From Rhodosorus marinus CCMP1338 (lineage: Eukaryota > Plantae > Rhodophyta): a stretch of 64,000 bases of DNA. Every line of letters starts with the position of its first letter. The first letter of the stretch is position 1. The translations under genes and the position numbers were made by a program. The DNA is taken from contig JAMWBK010000007.1 in the NCBI GenBank assembly GCA_029953675.1, positions 930,001 through 994,000 of the forward strand. The letters run 5' to 3'. Below are positions 38,981 through 51,628 of the stretch, piece by piece. The notes beneath the pieces are model-generated. The model did no database searches and was not told the DNA's origin. It was given only the letters and a program-made list of their open reading frames with translations.

Positions 38981-41900
38981 GCTATGCGCTCAAGTATAGT
39001 AAGTGGGAGGAGTTGTTGTCGAGGATTGGGGTTTTGTTTCTTTTTCGGTCGCGAGCGTGTTCGTTTACGGGAGGCGCTTCCTCTGGTACGCCTTCCCCTC
39101 GATTTTCCGCGGGGCGTCGTTTGCATTTGCAACCACTTCTGTCTTCCGGGTGGGTGTGTTGCGGGGCCTTTCCTATTTGGGTTGGGTTTGGTCGATTATT
39201 CTCTCGGTGCGGTTTCATATTGGTGGTGCAACGTTTCCTTTGCGGATTCCCTCAGGATGGTAGGGATATCTCCGCGCTCGACGGAGCCTCCTCCCAAGGA
39301 GGCACTGCCAGGTGGGGGACTCCGTGTTCGCCTCAGCTGCGGCACGTTTTCTTCCGAGGTTGACTTGGAAGGCGCTTCTGGCACCCAGGCGCGTGCACTT
39401 ATCTCCGCTGTCACCAGCCTGATCACGGCTGCGAGTGATCGTGGAGTGCTCCCTCAGCTCACCAAGAAGCTAGGTGGGCTGGAATCGGGATTGCTGGCCA
39501 GGTCAAATTCAAATTCGGACGAGAATTTGAATTGCCCCAGAGTGGCAGGATTGGCTGAAGGCAGTCAACATCAGGTCAATCAACATGAACCTGTCCCGGG
39601 ACAGGCGAGGGCTGTTGCTTCTGCGCGGGACAGTACGACGTTGGGGAGCGGCAGGCCGGGCCAAAACGCGCTTCAGCGCTCGGGGACTCGAGGCAATGGT
39701 GGTGGTGACTGTGCGGCAACCAGTGTGGAGGAGACTGCAGCTGTGGACTTCCCTCTCTTGGACCAGCCCTCAGGTGGTCACCAGCTCCCGGCTACTTCGG
39801 GGCACGTGGTGGCCGCAAGGGGGGTGCTTCGTACGCATCAGTCTTGCGGAAGGGCACCACTGCCACACGTACGGCGGCTATGCTCCGTTTCATACCATCT
39901 CGCGAGCCTCAGGATGGACCTGTGGAGACCACTCTCCAATTTCTGTGGGTGCGAAATGTCCGGCCCCAGACTACACGAGGACAGGTTCCGTCTATGCGAG
40001 ACTTCCGGGACACTTTTGCGGAATCGTTAGGGTGCAGCCGGGGTGATTTCTTCTTCGCAAACTATGAGGGCCGCGATGTGCTGTTTTTGGTCTCCGCAAC
40101 CGCCGCCAAGTACCTGGAGGCCTTGCTGGCGAAGCCTACCGAGCAGTGGCCTGAGAGCGCCCGGTGGCTGCGCTGCAACCCGCAGGTGGTTTTGCACTTC
40201 GATTTTGACCGTTTCTCGGGCAATTTCCTGTCTCCGGGAGAAACGGCAGGGCTCTCTGAGCATGAGAGCAGCGTGAAGGCGGCAGCGATCCATTGGCTAC
40301 GGATTCAGCGCCTTGAGAGGATCTTGTTGGAGCGGTTCCGGTCGGGCCCTCGTCACCTGCGCATGGCGGTTTCCAGTTTCTTCGATCTGGAGAGGCGACT
40401 TGTGCTGACTTCGCGCTACAAGACAGAGCTACAGCGGGTGGGTATTTTGGAGGGCTCTGCTTCCAGCACTACTTCCAGCGAGAGTGGTGAGGAAGGGGAG
40501 CAGACTGAGGGCATGGCGGTGGAGGACGCCCAGGTTACTTTGCTGAAGCCCGCGGGATCCGTTCCGCGAGCCTCGCGGAGTGGGCGGCTCACGACTTTGG
40601 TGCGGATAGGAGGTAAGAGAGCGAGGACCGACTCCCGGGTCTAAGGGGGAGAAGCACGATTAGCGCTCCAGGCACGGCTGCGAGGTCGCAGCCTATGGAT
40701 CTACAGTCTTATGTCCTGAAGGAGGGCGGAGACTGGGGCATTTGGCGTACGCGTTTTCGGAGTTGGCTCCGGCGGTGGATTTCTTTGGAAGGAGGCTCGC
40801 TTCCCCTCCGTGGGGGCATTCCCCAGTCGTCCTTCCTCGTGGAGACCTTCTAGTAGCTGGAACCATTCTCGATTTCATCTTCACGAGCCTGGCTCGCAAC
40901 ATTCGGGACACAGTCATTTGGGTTTTTCTGGGGGTCATGCCGCGCCTGATTCTGGCCCCCATTCACACATCGGAGCGCAGATGGCGAGTACGAGACCGAC
41001 TGGCCCTGTTCTTGAAGGGAGACTTCGAAGTACTACAGCGCAGCTATTTGGCGTCGTCAGCACCATCCGCCCGTCGGACTCGGCATGGCACAGTGTCGCC
41101 CGTGCCGGCTCGAGTACAGAAATTGGTAGCAGTGGGCGATTTAAGTCGAGCGGCGCGGGTTTTGGAGGGCCAGGCGCCTGTCCTCCCCTACGATGATAGT
41201 CTCGCCCAGACGGTGTCGTCTTTGTTCCCTGAGTCCGACGTGGATTTGTCCCCTGAATTCGAGGTATTCTTGGACCGTCCGGAGTTGGCCAGGTTTCGCA
41301 TCGATCTGACGCTCAGTGAGTCTGACCTGGAGGATTTGCTTCGTACCTCGCGTCGGGGACGCTGTCCCGGACCCTCCGGACTAAGAACAGAGCTATTGCA
41401 GGCCCTGAGCCAGCCTGGCAAGAGCGCGCTTCTGAGGATCCTTAACAAGTTGTTCCAGGGCGTATCGGGTGCGTCTGCGCCATGGGAACATCTCCGGCAG
41501 GCACAGCTTTGCTTGCTCACGAAACCTGACCACCAACCGGCCCACCCGCGTCTCCGGCCGATCGGGATGGTGGAGAGCCTACGGAAGTTAGCCGGGAGGT
41601 GGCTATGCCAGCGCCTTCGCCAGCGCGTCACAGCTTTTATGGCGCCCTTGCAAGTAGGGGTGGGATTCTCTGGGGGTTGTGAACTGATCACCCATGGGAT
41701 CGAGCTAGAACGCGCCAGTAGGCCGGAGTGGGGAGTCTTGGTGGTTGATTTCCGGAACGCATTCAACAGCGTGTCGCGGACGCATGCGCTAGAGGTGCTC
41801 CGACGTGTGTTTCCGGAGGCGTGGCCGTTTCTATCGGGTATTTACGGAGGGGAGAGCCTCCCCTACTTGACACCGGAGGGCACTGTTTTTCAAGCACATA

Positions 41901-43809
41901 CTGGCGTCCAACAAGGCGACCCTTGCGGACCTCTTCTTCATGCCTGTGCCCTACAGCTCGTACTTTTACGTCTTTCGACTGAGGTCTCGGATCTTCGAAT
42001 CTGCGCGTACCACGATGACGTAACATTGCTGGGCACCCCTGACACCCTGGCTAGGGACTGACCGCGATCGAAGCGATTGCACGTCGCCTCGGTTTGACTG
42101 TGGAAACAGAAAAATGTCGCTTTCTCCCCCCGAGGGACGTGTCGCTGAACTCTCTGCCACCCACTCTGCGACTAATCAGCGAACGTGAAGGGTTCGAACA
42201 CCACGGCGTCGGATTGGGGACTGACAACTTTGTCCAAGCATCCTGCGAGCGAGTTTTGGCACGGCACAAGCAACTCACCGACGCCATTGAGCACCTACCC
42301 GACAGCATGCTGCAATCGGCCTGCTTGCTTTCCCGCTTTTGTGCCGGTCCCAGACTCAACTACTGGTTGCGCAGCCTGCCTCCAGCTTGGGGCTCGTGGA
42401 TCGCGGCTAAAGCCGACGAAATGACCCTGCAACACTGGGGAACGCTCTTGGATGAGCCCCTCGATCTTGAAGCTGCTCCCGACAGGGACTTTATCCGTGA
42501 ACAGATCGCTCTACCGTTGCGATTAGGGGGATTCGGCGTCGCAGACCGATGGGCTGGTATGCTCGCCAGCGGCGGTTGCCTCCTGGGCTACCGCGCTGCG
42601 AACGTTGGTGACCTTCCAGATGCGAAGTGCCTGCCTCTTGGCTCGAGCTTTGACCAACGAGGATCCAGTGACCCTGCCGCCCCCGCTTTTGACAATTTAT
42701 GATGGTCTTCAACACGCGTTCAGGAGGTGCAACGCCGTGCCGGACGCAAATCGGTCCCGCTTTCGTTCCTGGAGGGAGCTGTTATGGGGACGAGCTGAAG
42801 CGATTGAGGATTGTCCCCTCGACCGAGTTCTTGCCGATGACGGAGAGGCTAGCCCCGGGTCCCCTGTTGCAGACTACCCGGGTTTGAGCCGATTGTGGAG
42901 CTCCCGCACTGATGTGATTCAACATAGCCTCACCTGGGGCCAACACAGTGCCGCTCACACAGTCATGCTCAATTCTCCTCTCACGCCGCCTACCACTGCC
43001 GCTCGTCTCCGCGGCATGGGAGGCCACCTCTCGCACTTGTGGTTAACCACTCTACCGTCGTCATTGAGTCATCGTCTCCATGCTTTCCAGTTCCGTTCTG
43101 CCGCACGGATCTATCTCGGTTTGCCACAGGCTCCGTGGCACTCTAATCGGCCGTCTTCTGTCAGGGATGTGAGAGCCGGATTGACGCTTGTGGCTACCAC
43201 TTCCTGGGTTCCTGCGGACTGTTGCGAGGTATCCGTACGAGGCGTCACACTCGCCTCAAGTACATCCTCAGCGAATTTTTGACTCGGATAGGGCATACGG
43301 TTGAGGTTGAGTCGGAACTGCCCAGATCAATCTCGGACTCTGCACCGCCCCGTTGTATAGCCGATCTCCTCGTCTCTGACGCTGCTGCCAGACGCTCAAC
43401 ATATGTGGACCTTGCGATTACCTGCCCCGTGGCCAGCGCCCACCTCACCGCAGCCGCCCGCCGCCGGGGGGCCGCGGCTTCAGCCCTTCGAAGAGTTAAG
43501 GAACGACGGTATGCTGAGAGCATGGCCAGTCTGCCTTTCGCTGAGGGTCGCTCTCACCGGTTCCAGCCATTCATTGTGGAAAGCTTTGGTCACGTCGATA
43601 AGTCGGGTTTAGAGTGGTTGCGGAAATGTTTTGCTGAGCATCCTACTGAATATTTGGCGCTCTTGAGGCGTTTAAGTGTCTCCCTTTGGCGATACTCCAG
43701 CGACATGCTTTCCGAGGCGCGCCATCGGCGCCTGGGGTTGCATACTTCCCTCCCTAGTTATTAGTTCATCTTCACGCCTTGCGTAGCGCTTCAGGCTATG
43801 CTAGTAAAG
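38981..43809 (+). mobile_element. Near-full-length CRE/SLACS-like non-LTR retrotransposon (ORF1 region, RT, CCHC, RLE), frameshifted
   Basis: RT motifs LRPIGMVE, LQVGVG..GCE, VDFRNAFNSVSR, GVQQGDPCGP and AYHDD. Zinc knuckle FCQGC...GYHFLGSC..RRH (across a frameshift). RLE ADLLV..YVDLAIT..VKERRY..FQPFIVESFG. Flanked by a candidate 5-bp TSD, TCCAG. Confidence 0.88.
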
Positions 43810-44183
43810 TCCAGTTGAACGGCATTACCCGAATACCGGTAGTACTGGAAACGAACTCAGTTTCGAGGTTTTGCTCGTACATGCGTTTCGAATTCGAATT
43901 CGAGACAGCGACGCTGTAAGGCCTGGCTAACTGTGGAGTTCCACGCAATCATGTCCTGCGCGGAGATGAGGGATTAGGACCCGAAGGCAGTCGCGACTCA
44001 AAAATAGCGCCCAGAAGTACTGACCATACGCGTATCCGCATTTAGTGCCAGCCAGCACTGGCATTTTCTCAGCAATTGTAGAATAAATTTCTGTTGTAGA
44101 GCTAGCAAGTTCATGGTTTGGTCTAGATTTATTGGGAAATTAACAACGCCGAGTTGGGTTTCCTACGAGAGGGAAAGGAGAGC

Positions 44184-44225
44184 GCTAGCAGTCACAAGTC
44201 TGTGGAGCAACTTGTGACTGCTAGC
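44184..44225. other. Perfect 16-bp inverted repeat with a 10-nt loop
   Basis: GCTAGCAGTCACAAGT-ctgtggagca-ACTTGTGACTGCTAGC. Confidence 0.9.
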
Positions 44226-44519
44226 CACTCAATGAGCAAGAACTACCCCGTGCTGACTGGCACTCGCACGCCCACTAAGTGTTTGGTCTGTTTAGATCGG
44301 GGACGAGTTGTAACCTAAGGTCCCAAACTAGCTCAAATGTAGTAGTGATTAGGGAGATCACGTAAAAACGAAAGGGATCCTTGTTGGAGCATCTGAGCCA
44401 GAACCTACCAGGGACGTTGGCCGGAAAGCACCTCATGTGGGAAATTTCTCAACAGTGTTTTTGCCGTGAAAAAACGGTAATGTCGATACTAAATCGGTAA
44501 TTGCGTTAAAAATCAGCTC

Positions 44520-44958
44520 TGCGCCAACATATCTGTAGGGGAATCGTGCGCCACCATATGTGCAGAGGAATCGTGCGCCACCATATGTGTAGAGGAATCG
44601 TGCACCAACCTATCTGGAGGGGAATCGTGCACCAACCTATCTGGAGGGGAATCGTGCACCGACGTATCTGTAGGGGAATCGTGCACCAACATATCTGTAG
44701 GGGAATTGTGCACCAACATATCTGTAGGGGAATTGTGCACCAACATATCTGTAGAGGAATCGTGCACCAACATATCTGTAGGGGAATCGTGCACCAACAT
44801 ATCTGTATGAATCATACGCCAACTTCTCTGTAGAGAATCATGCGCCAACTTCTCTGTAGGGAATCATACGCCAGCTTTTCTGAAGGGAGTCATGCGCCAG
44901 CTTTTCTGAAGGGAATCATGCGCCAACACTTCTGTAGGGAATTGTGCGCCAACATATC
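44520..44958. repeat. 27-bp minisatellite, about 16 copies
   Basis: Unit GAATCGTGCACCAACATATCTGTAGGG. It produces 9-aa periodic ORFs on both strands. Confidence 0.93.
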
Positions 44959-45317
44959 GACCCCGAAAGGATAACCAGACGCCGAAACCTGCTCCTAGAG
45001 CGGATGCTGGCTCTGTGCTTTGAGGTCGAGTAAGGGGTCATCATTAGCTTGTTCAGAGCCCAACTACCCTGAGAAGCGAGATACAAGACGCTGATGACTC
45101 ACGTCTATAAACAAAGCAGCGCTCAATTGCTGGAATTGGCGCCCAAACAATGTGCATTTTAGGGTTTGGAGCACTGCTCCAATTGTAAGGAGCGTATTCT
45201 GACTCCATAAGAGGGCCGCTTACCCCATTGAGCCCACGAGCGTTATGTCATCGTGAATAGCCACAGTAGCGAGCTCTGGACGCCTGCTGTGCAGTGCTTC
45301 GAGGAACTGTGCCAAGG

Positions 45318-45490
45318 CTAGGGCGTGTAGAGCAGGTCCAAAGGGATCACCTTGTTGTACTCCCGTCGTCGCTTGTAAATAGAGTCGGTGTGGGTGCAGG
45401 GTGCCATCCGTAGCTTTGGAGCACCAGCCGAGAAGCGTAGGTGAGTCCTCACAGTCACTGCCAGATCCCAGCCTGTAGATGGCCGCCAGT
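45318..45490 (-). mobile_element. Divergent RLE fragment
   Basis: WDLAVTV...DSIYKRRREYNKVIPL resembles the RLE D..K..Y region. Confidence 0.4.
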
Positions 45491-45509
45491 TCAGGCTTTC
45501 GCCCGGCAC

Positions 45510-46690
45510 AGGCAGCTTACCGACGCCATTGAGCGCCTGCCAGACAGTATGCTGTAATCGGCCTGCTCGCTTTCCCGCTTTTGTGGCCGGTTTCCGACTC
45601 AACTGCTGGTTGCGCAGCATACCCACCAGAATGGGGCTCTTGGATCGCTGCCAAAACCGACGAGATGACGCAGCACCAATGCGCCACGCTCCTAGACTAA
45701 CCCCTCGATCTTGAAGCTGCTCCCGACAGGGACTTAACTTCGTACCCAGCTTGCCCTACCGCTGCGATTTTGGCGTCGCAGACCGTGGGTTGGTATGCTC
45801 GCCTGCGGCGGTGGCCTCCTGGGCTTCCGTGCTCCGTACGTTGGTGAATTTCCGGATGCGAATTGCCCACCTTTTGGCTCGAGCACTGACTAGGGTGGGC
45901 CCTGTGACCCCTGCGCCCCAGCTTTTGACGACTTATGATGGTCTACAACAGGCGTCCAGGCAGTGTAACGCCGCCCCGGACGAGAATCGATCCCGGTTTC
46001 GCTCCTGGAGGAAGGTGTTTTGGGTACGCACTGAGGCGATTGAGGACTCTCCCATTGACATCGTACCTGCCTATGAGGAAGCAGATAGCCCCGGGTCACC
46101 TGTTGCAGATTATCCGGGTCGAAGCCGATTGTGGAGCTCCTGCGCTGATGTGATACAATATAGCCTCACCTGAGGCCAAAACAGTACCGCTCACGCAATC
46201 TTACTCAACTCTCCTCTTACACCGCCTACCATTGCCGCTCACCTCCGCGGCATGGGAGGCCATCTCTCGCACTTGTGGTTAACCACTGTGCCTTCGTCCC
46301 TGGGTCACCATCTCGATGCCTTCCAGTTCCGCTCCGCCGCACGGATCTCCTACCTCGGTTTGCTACAGGCTCCGTGGCACTCTAATCGGCCGTCTTTCTG
46401 TCAGGGATGTGATAGTCGGATTGACGCTTGTGGCTAACACTTCTTTGGTTCATGCGGACTGTTGAGAGGTCTTCGTAGGAGGCGTCCCACTCGCCTCAAG
46501 CGCATCCTAAGCGAATGTCTAAATCGGGTAGGGCATAAGGTTCAGGTGGAATCGGAACTCCCCAGATCGGTCTCGAACACGGGCCCCGTCCCGATGTATC
46601 TTAGATCTCCTCGTCTCGGACGCTGCCGCCAGACGCTCAGCATATGTTGACCTCGCGATTACATGCCCTGTGACCAGCGCCCACCTCACT
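45510..46690 (+). mobile_element. Degenerate 3' half of the family A CRE-like element
   Basis: Collinear with about 42270-43450 (RLNCWLRS, SPGSPVADYPG, MGGHLSHLWLTT, FCQGC). Confidence 0.85.
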
Positions 46691-46760
46691 GCGACAAAAA
46701 TACGCGTGCAACCGGGGCGAAATATCGACATGGTCAGTAGCCTCGGGGGCGAGCCATCAT

Positions 46761-48065
46761 ATGACCGCCGGAAAAGGATACTTCCAGGAGCTGATGAAGA
46801 TCGACCCAGTCCGCATCCGCACAGCGAGTGGGGCGGAACGCGTAGCAGAGGAGGCGGGTTCTATCCAGGCGATCATAAAGGGGGTGAAGTACGAAATACA
46901 AGACGTTCTCTTCGCTCCATGGGCCGCGGGCAACATCTTATCCGTAAGAACCCTGACACAGAAAGGTTATGAGGTTCGCTTCAACCCCAATGTCGCGATA
47001 CACAGGGCAGATGGCGGTCGCCTAGTGATACAGGGGACTTTGGACGGCCGGATCAGGATCCGGGGCGTACCAGAAGATGGCTACGGCTACATAGTAGAGA
47101 AGGAGAACCCGCAGAAACGGAGCAGCAACTACAACAAGTTTATGAGCTGGCATCGAAAATTAGGACATGCAGGAAAGGATGCTCTGAGGAGGATGTTTAA
47201 TGCAGGTGTACTTCGAGCGACCGACATGACAAGGGACGAAGTTTGTAACGATTGTCGTGTGGCGCGAATGGTGCACGAGCCGCACGCACGGGTAACCTTT
47301 CAACGCACTCGGGAGGCTGGTGAGCTGTGGCACACAGACTTATGCGGGCCATTTCCCGATAAGTATGTCGGAGGGAAGCGATACTTTCTGCTGGTCACTG
47401 ACGACTATACAGGGTATCGCTGGATTAGATTCCTTGAGAGGAAGAGCGAGGCTGTGTCTGAGATTGCATCGTTGATCCGACAATTCCGAACCCAACTGTA
47501 CAAGAAGGTGCGAAGATTGCGAACGGACAACGGTGGTGAGTTCGGTAACCGGGACATGCAGAAGCTCGTGGACCGGGAGGGTATCGCACACGAGAGAACC
47601 CCGCCAAGAACACCTCAAGCGAACGGATTAGCGGAGCGAGGCAACCGCATCGTGCTGGAAGTCGTGAGAACGGTGCTGGCCTCACCGGAGCTACCCGCCG
47701 CACTCTGGGCGGAACTTGCTAATGCGGCGGTTTCTTACGTAATCGCGTGGCAAGAAGAGTTTAAACTATGAAATTCCCTACCGGAGACTGTACGGAAGGC
47801 TCCCCAATCACAGTCGCCTGAGATCGTTGGTGGCTAAGGGGAGACAACTTGTGCGAGCAGAGGAACGCAGCAAAATCAATCCCACATCTAGAGAAGTCTT
47901 CCTGGTAGGTTGTGAAGGGAAAAACTGCCGCCTATGGGACGCGGAAAGGAAGATCGTACGAGTCTCCAGCAGCTGCGAGGAGACAGGAAAAAGGCTTGTG
48001 GAGGTAGAGGTGTAGCAGTTACACACGGAGTCGGAGGAGGGAGAACCGCATGGCAACCTCAAGCT
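46761..48065 (+). mobile_element. Ty1/Copia pol fragment (GAG-pre-integrase and integrase core)
   Basis: GNILSV, WHRKLGH..C..C, WHTDLCGPF, RTDNGGEF and TPQANGLAER. Confidence 0.92.
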
Positions 48066-48320
48066 ATTGGCTCAGCTTGAGGTTGCCATGCTCCCGATCA
48101 TAGGACAGTCTCACTCCCAAAAGGTCCCTGAAATCGCCCAGTTCCTTCAACGGAAAGTCCTCCTTGATGAGCTCTACCACCCGATCAATGTCTCCGATAA
48201 CTGGTGCTGCCACGAGGAGATCATATACCGAGATGTAGATTACTACAAGCTTGGGGACATGGGATCGAAAGGTCTATGTACTCGCTTGGACGAGCATTCA
48301 GGTCAGGCACAGATCTGCAA
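48066..48320 (-). mobile_element. Inverted Copia RT fragment
   Basis: The minus strand reads ...DLLVAAP..IDRVVELIKEDFPLKELG..LLGVRLSYDREHGNLKLSQ. Confidence 0.7.
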
Positions 48321-48329
48321 CTCGAGGCA

Positions 48330-48760
48330 CCACATTGCCCCGTCCACCTCCAGGTTCGCCATCAATTGCCGCCGCCACCGGTAGACGAAGCTCATACTCG
48401 ACCTCCCGGGCCGTGCCGAGTACCTGCGAACGAAGGTAGCGACATATCAAACGATCTATCCGCGCGTGACGTCGGGTTCTGGCTCCCTGGACCTCCCCAC
48501 AAAACGCCAACAAGTGTAAACCGAAATCACCTCCGGCCACGGAAGCGCCGCAAAGAGAGCGTACCGCGAATCCGGCTTAGACGGCCAAGGGGGTTGTTGT
48601 AACCCCAGGTACAAGCGCAAGGCCACAGGCAGCTCTAAATCCGTCAGCACCAACCGCGGATATGCAGCTATGACCGGGAAAAAAACGCGAGCTCAGAATA
48701 CCTCCCAAACCGCGAAGGCGTGCCAAAGTAGAGGCCGACGAGGAAGGTAAAGGTGGCATG
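48330..48760 (-). mobile_element. RLE family B remnant
   Basis: LRLYLGLQQP and RHARIDRLICRYLRSQVLGTAREVEYE match 61.7 kb and 62.5-62.7 kb. Confidence 0.65.
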
Positions 48761-50194
48761 CGAGTTGCGATGTATGTCCCTTGATAGGGCTTTCTGAATT
48801 ACATCGATCCTCGATGGGCCCTGGCCCAACATCACTGACTTTGGCTGCGCTGATGTGCCCTGAACGCCTCCGATGTTTCCGGACGATGGGGATTTGTGTG
48901 AGAAAGAATTTGAAGGTATAACTTTATTCAACACAACGCAACGTTATACTATACGTATGTGGTGACACATTCCCTGCACCCGGCAACATGACACTTGTCT
49001 TGCGCGAAGGCGCTAGACGGCGTCTACGGTGATTGTGAGAGTCGAGCACAACAAGTGCAAGTCGTGCAAGTTCTTCTTTTTATTATTTTTTGGTTTGGAA
49101 AGGCTCCTGGCAGCATCCACAAATCTTTGATGCGACGATACGGAGTAGTGTTCAAGGGATGATTCCATGTGAGATGAATTTCCCGTCCCAATCGCATTCT
49201 ATAATTTCGTCCATGACTACATCCGGGAAACGCCGATCGTCTGCACGACCTGTTCATGTTTGCTTCAGCTCGGACAGAACATGGCGTGGAGAGAAATGAC
49301 TTTCCTTAGCAGGATAATGAACAACCCCAGTAGGCAGCCGATATGCCAGACATGCCAAACCCAATCGAGACCTGTCCGTCCAGCACTGAGTAGTCACCTC
49401 AAGAAAGAGTGCTGCTGTTCGTTCCCTATTTCGGCCGATGTAGACAATCTCCACGCGCATGCAAACAGACTCTCATGTGGTCTGTAGTGCAAAGCACAAC
49501 TGGGGTTGCTCACGGCTCTAGTTGCTAAAGATAGGCTTATCGGTCTAATGAAGCCTTTGAAAGGGTGGATATCAGAATTTTCTGGTAGACTGGGGTGTGC
49601 GAGTAGCACGCGGACCCATTGGCCTTGGGCACGGAGCATCTCACCTTCCGCGCGGGTGCGGAATAGCTTGCCCAAGAAGACCGTTGTTTCATGTACTGGG
49701 ATTCCAGTGTAGACGTACTGGGTCGTCCCGTCCCCGGTGTCCAGATGTGCGCGTGTGCACATGTGTGTGTGTGTGTTTACAACGTTCTTTTTTCTTGTAC
49801 CACTAGGGGATTGGACTCGCTCTCATTGTTTGGATTCTATCGAAGGCAGCCCGTAGCCACTACAAGTGCCGATCTCATCAAGCAAATCTGGTTGCGGTCA
49901 TATACAATGCTACGGCTTCGGTAGGTGAGGCATTTTTTTGGCATCTGTGAGACTTTACTGGTCTTTTATTCCAACTACCGAATGTAACACTAGCGATACT
50001 AGAGGAAAACAGGAGGGGCTAGCTTAAGGAGAACCCACAGCGGGGTAGGAGACTACGTTCTATAGGGAACATTGTCCGAGCATGATTATCTTTGCGCATG
50101 GCATGGATCACCAAACGAGCCGTACCACGCCACAGCTCTCGATTAAGGTCCACGCGCACGGGGCGTTTGCACGTCCGCTTTGTGCTCAAGATGG

Positions 50195-50575
50195 TCAGTA
50201 GTTTTGGTAATGGAGTCTTGTGCGGCCAAGTCGTCCAAACCCTTCGATGACGAAGGGTGCAAACTGGAAGTCATTATGGCCACCGATGGGCATCCCGATA
50301 CTTCGCTCGTTTGCCGGCCTCAGCGTTGGCGGCGCCATAACCAGATTGACATGCGGCTCGAGCGAGGAGATGGGCCCGTAATAGGGATTCCACCTTGATC
50401 TCGATGACGTACCGCTTGCCTGTGCGGTGATGACGAGTGACAATGTCGGGACGGAGACGACTCTCCAAAAACCCAAAAGGTTCCACCTGAACGTCAGGGA
50501 GGTGCCACCGGCTTATCCACATGACCAAAGTTTTCCACAAGTAAAGCCTGGAACCCGTGCAAGCGACCCCCAAGG
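50195..50575 (-). mobile_element. RLE family C endonuclease fragment
   Basis: VEP..RLRPDIV..YVIEIKV..AEAGKRAKY..FAPFVIEGFGRLG, the classic RPD...K..KY RLE pattern. Confidence 0.75.
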
Positions 50576-50589
50576 CGGACTGGCGATGC

Positions 50590-51200
50590 TCTCAGCATGC
50601 AGTCGTTCCTTCACTCGGCGTAGGGTCGAAGGGCTGCCCCCCGGCGGCGGGGGGCATCAGTTAGGGGGGCGCTGGCCACAGGGCATGTAATCGCGAGGTC
50701 AGCATATGTTGAGCGTCTGGCGGCTGCGTCGGAGACGAGGAGATCTGCGATACAACGGGACGCCATCGTGTTCGAGACCGATCTGGGTAATTCCGATTCC
50801 ACCTCGACCGTATGCCCTACCCGAGTCTAAAATCCGCTTATGACGTACTTGAGGCGAGTGTGACGCCTCGTAAGAAGACCTCTCAACAGTCCGCATGAAC
50901 CCAAGAAGTGGTTGCCACAAACGTCAATCCGACTCTCACATCCCTGACAGAAAGACGGCCCATTAGAGTGCCACAGAGCCAGTGGCAAACCTACGTAGAT
51001 CCGTGCGGCAGAGCGGAACTGATAGGCATCGAGACGTCGACCCAAGGACGAAGGCAGAGTGGTTAAATAAGTGGAGAGTTGGCCTCCCACGCCGCGGAGA
51101 CGAGCGGCGGTGGTAGGCGGTGTGAGGGGAGAGTTGAGCAAGACTGCGTGAGCGGCACTGCGTTGGGCCCCGGTGAGGTTATGCACACATTCATCCATTC
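50590..51200 (-). mobile_element. RLE family A 3' fragment
   Basis: Homologous to about 42930-43510 (SPLTPPTTAARLRG, FCQGCESRIDVCGNHFLGSC, RCIADLLVSD). Confidence 0.88.
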
Positions 51201-51628
51201 TGTTTTTGGTTTCGAGCTGGTGTTTCCCGGAGGCGGGGGGTTCTTCGACTCCTGTCTGATGTTACCAACACAGAGCCATCGTAGTCGCTACTAATAGTCC
51301 GTAGTTGTCAGCTAACCAACGGAAACATTTAGGATCCAGTAGGTAGGATTAGGGTTTTTGTCCGCTTGCGTCTGCATGAACCTTTTCCCGAAGTCAACAA
51401 ATCTCGAAGACTGGAGCGCATAGATAGTGATCCTCGTGGGAATCAAGGACGAGCGAGAGGATGGGAAGGATCATGAATACTCATCTACCTCGCCATTCCC
51501 AACAGACGCAATTTTCAAAATTCTGCTTTTGATGGAATCCGCAATCTGGTATCTGCTCCATCGCGGCCAGCCCCTGTCATTCTCTCGAGCGCGCGTTAGA
51601 ACTTCAGACAAACAACAACCCCTTGATT

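Noticed and set aside
38981-43809. RT next to hypervariable repeats as a true DGR
   Set aside because: The RT has CRE-like non-LTR motifs with an RLE, and no template region is visible in the window. The codon pattern is reported separately as an open question.
44520-44958. CRISPR array
   Set aside because: Units are contiguous with no unique spacers, there are no cas genes, and the context is eukaryotic.
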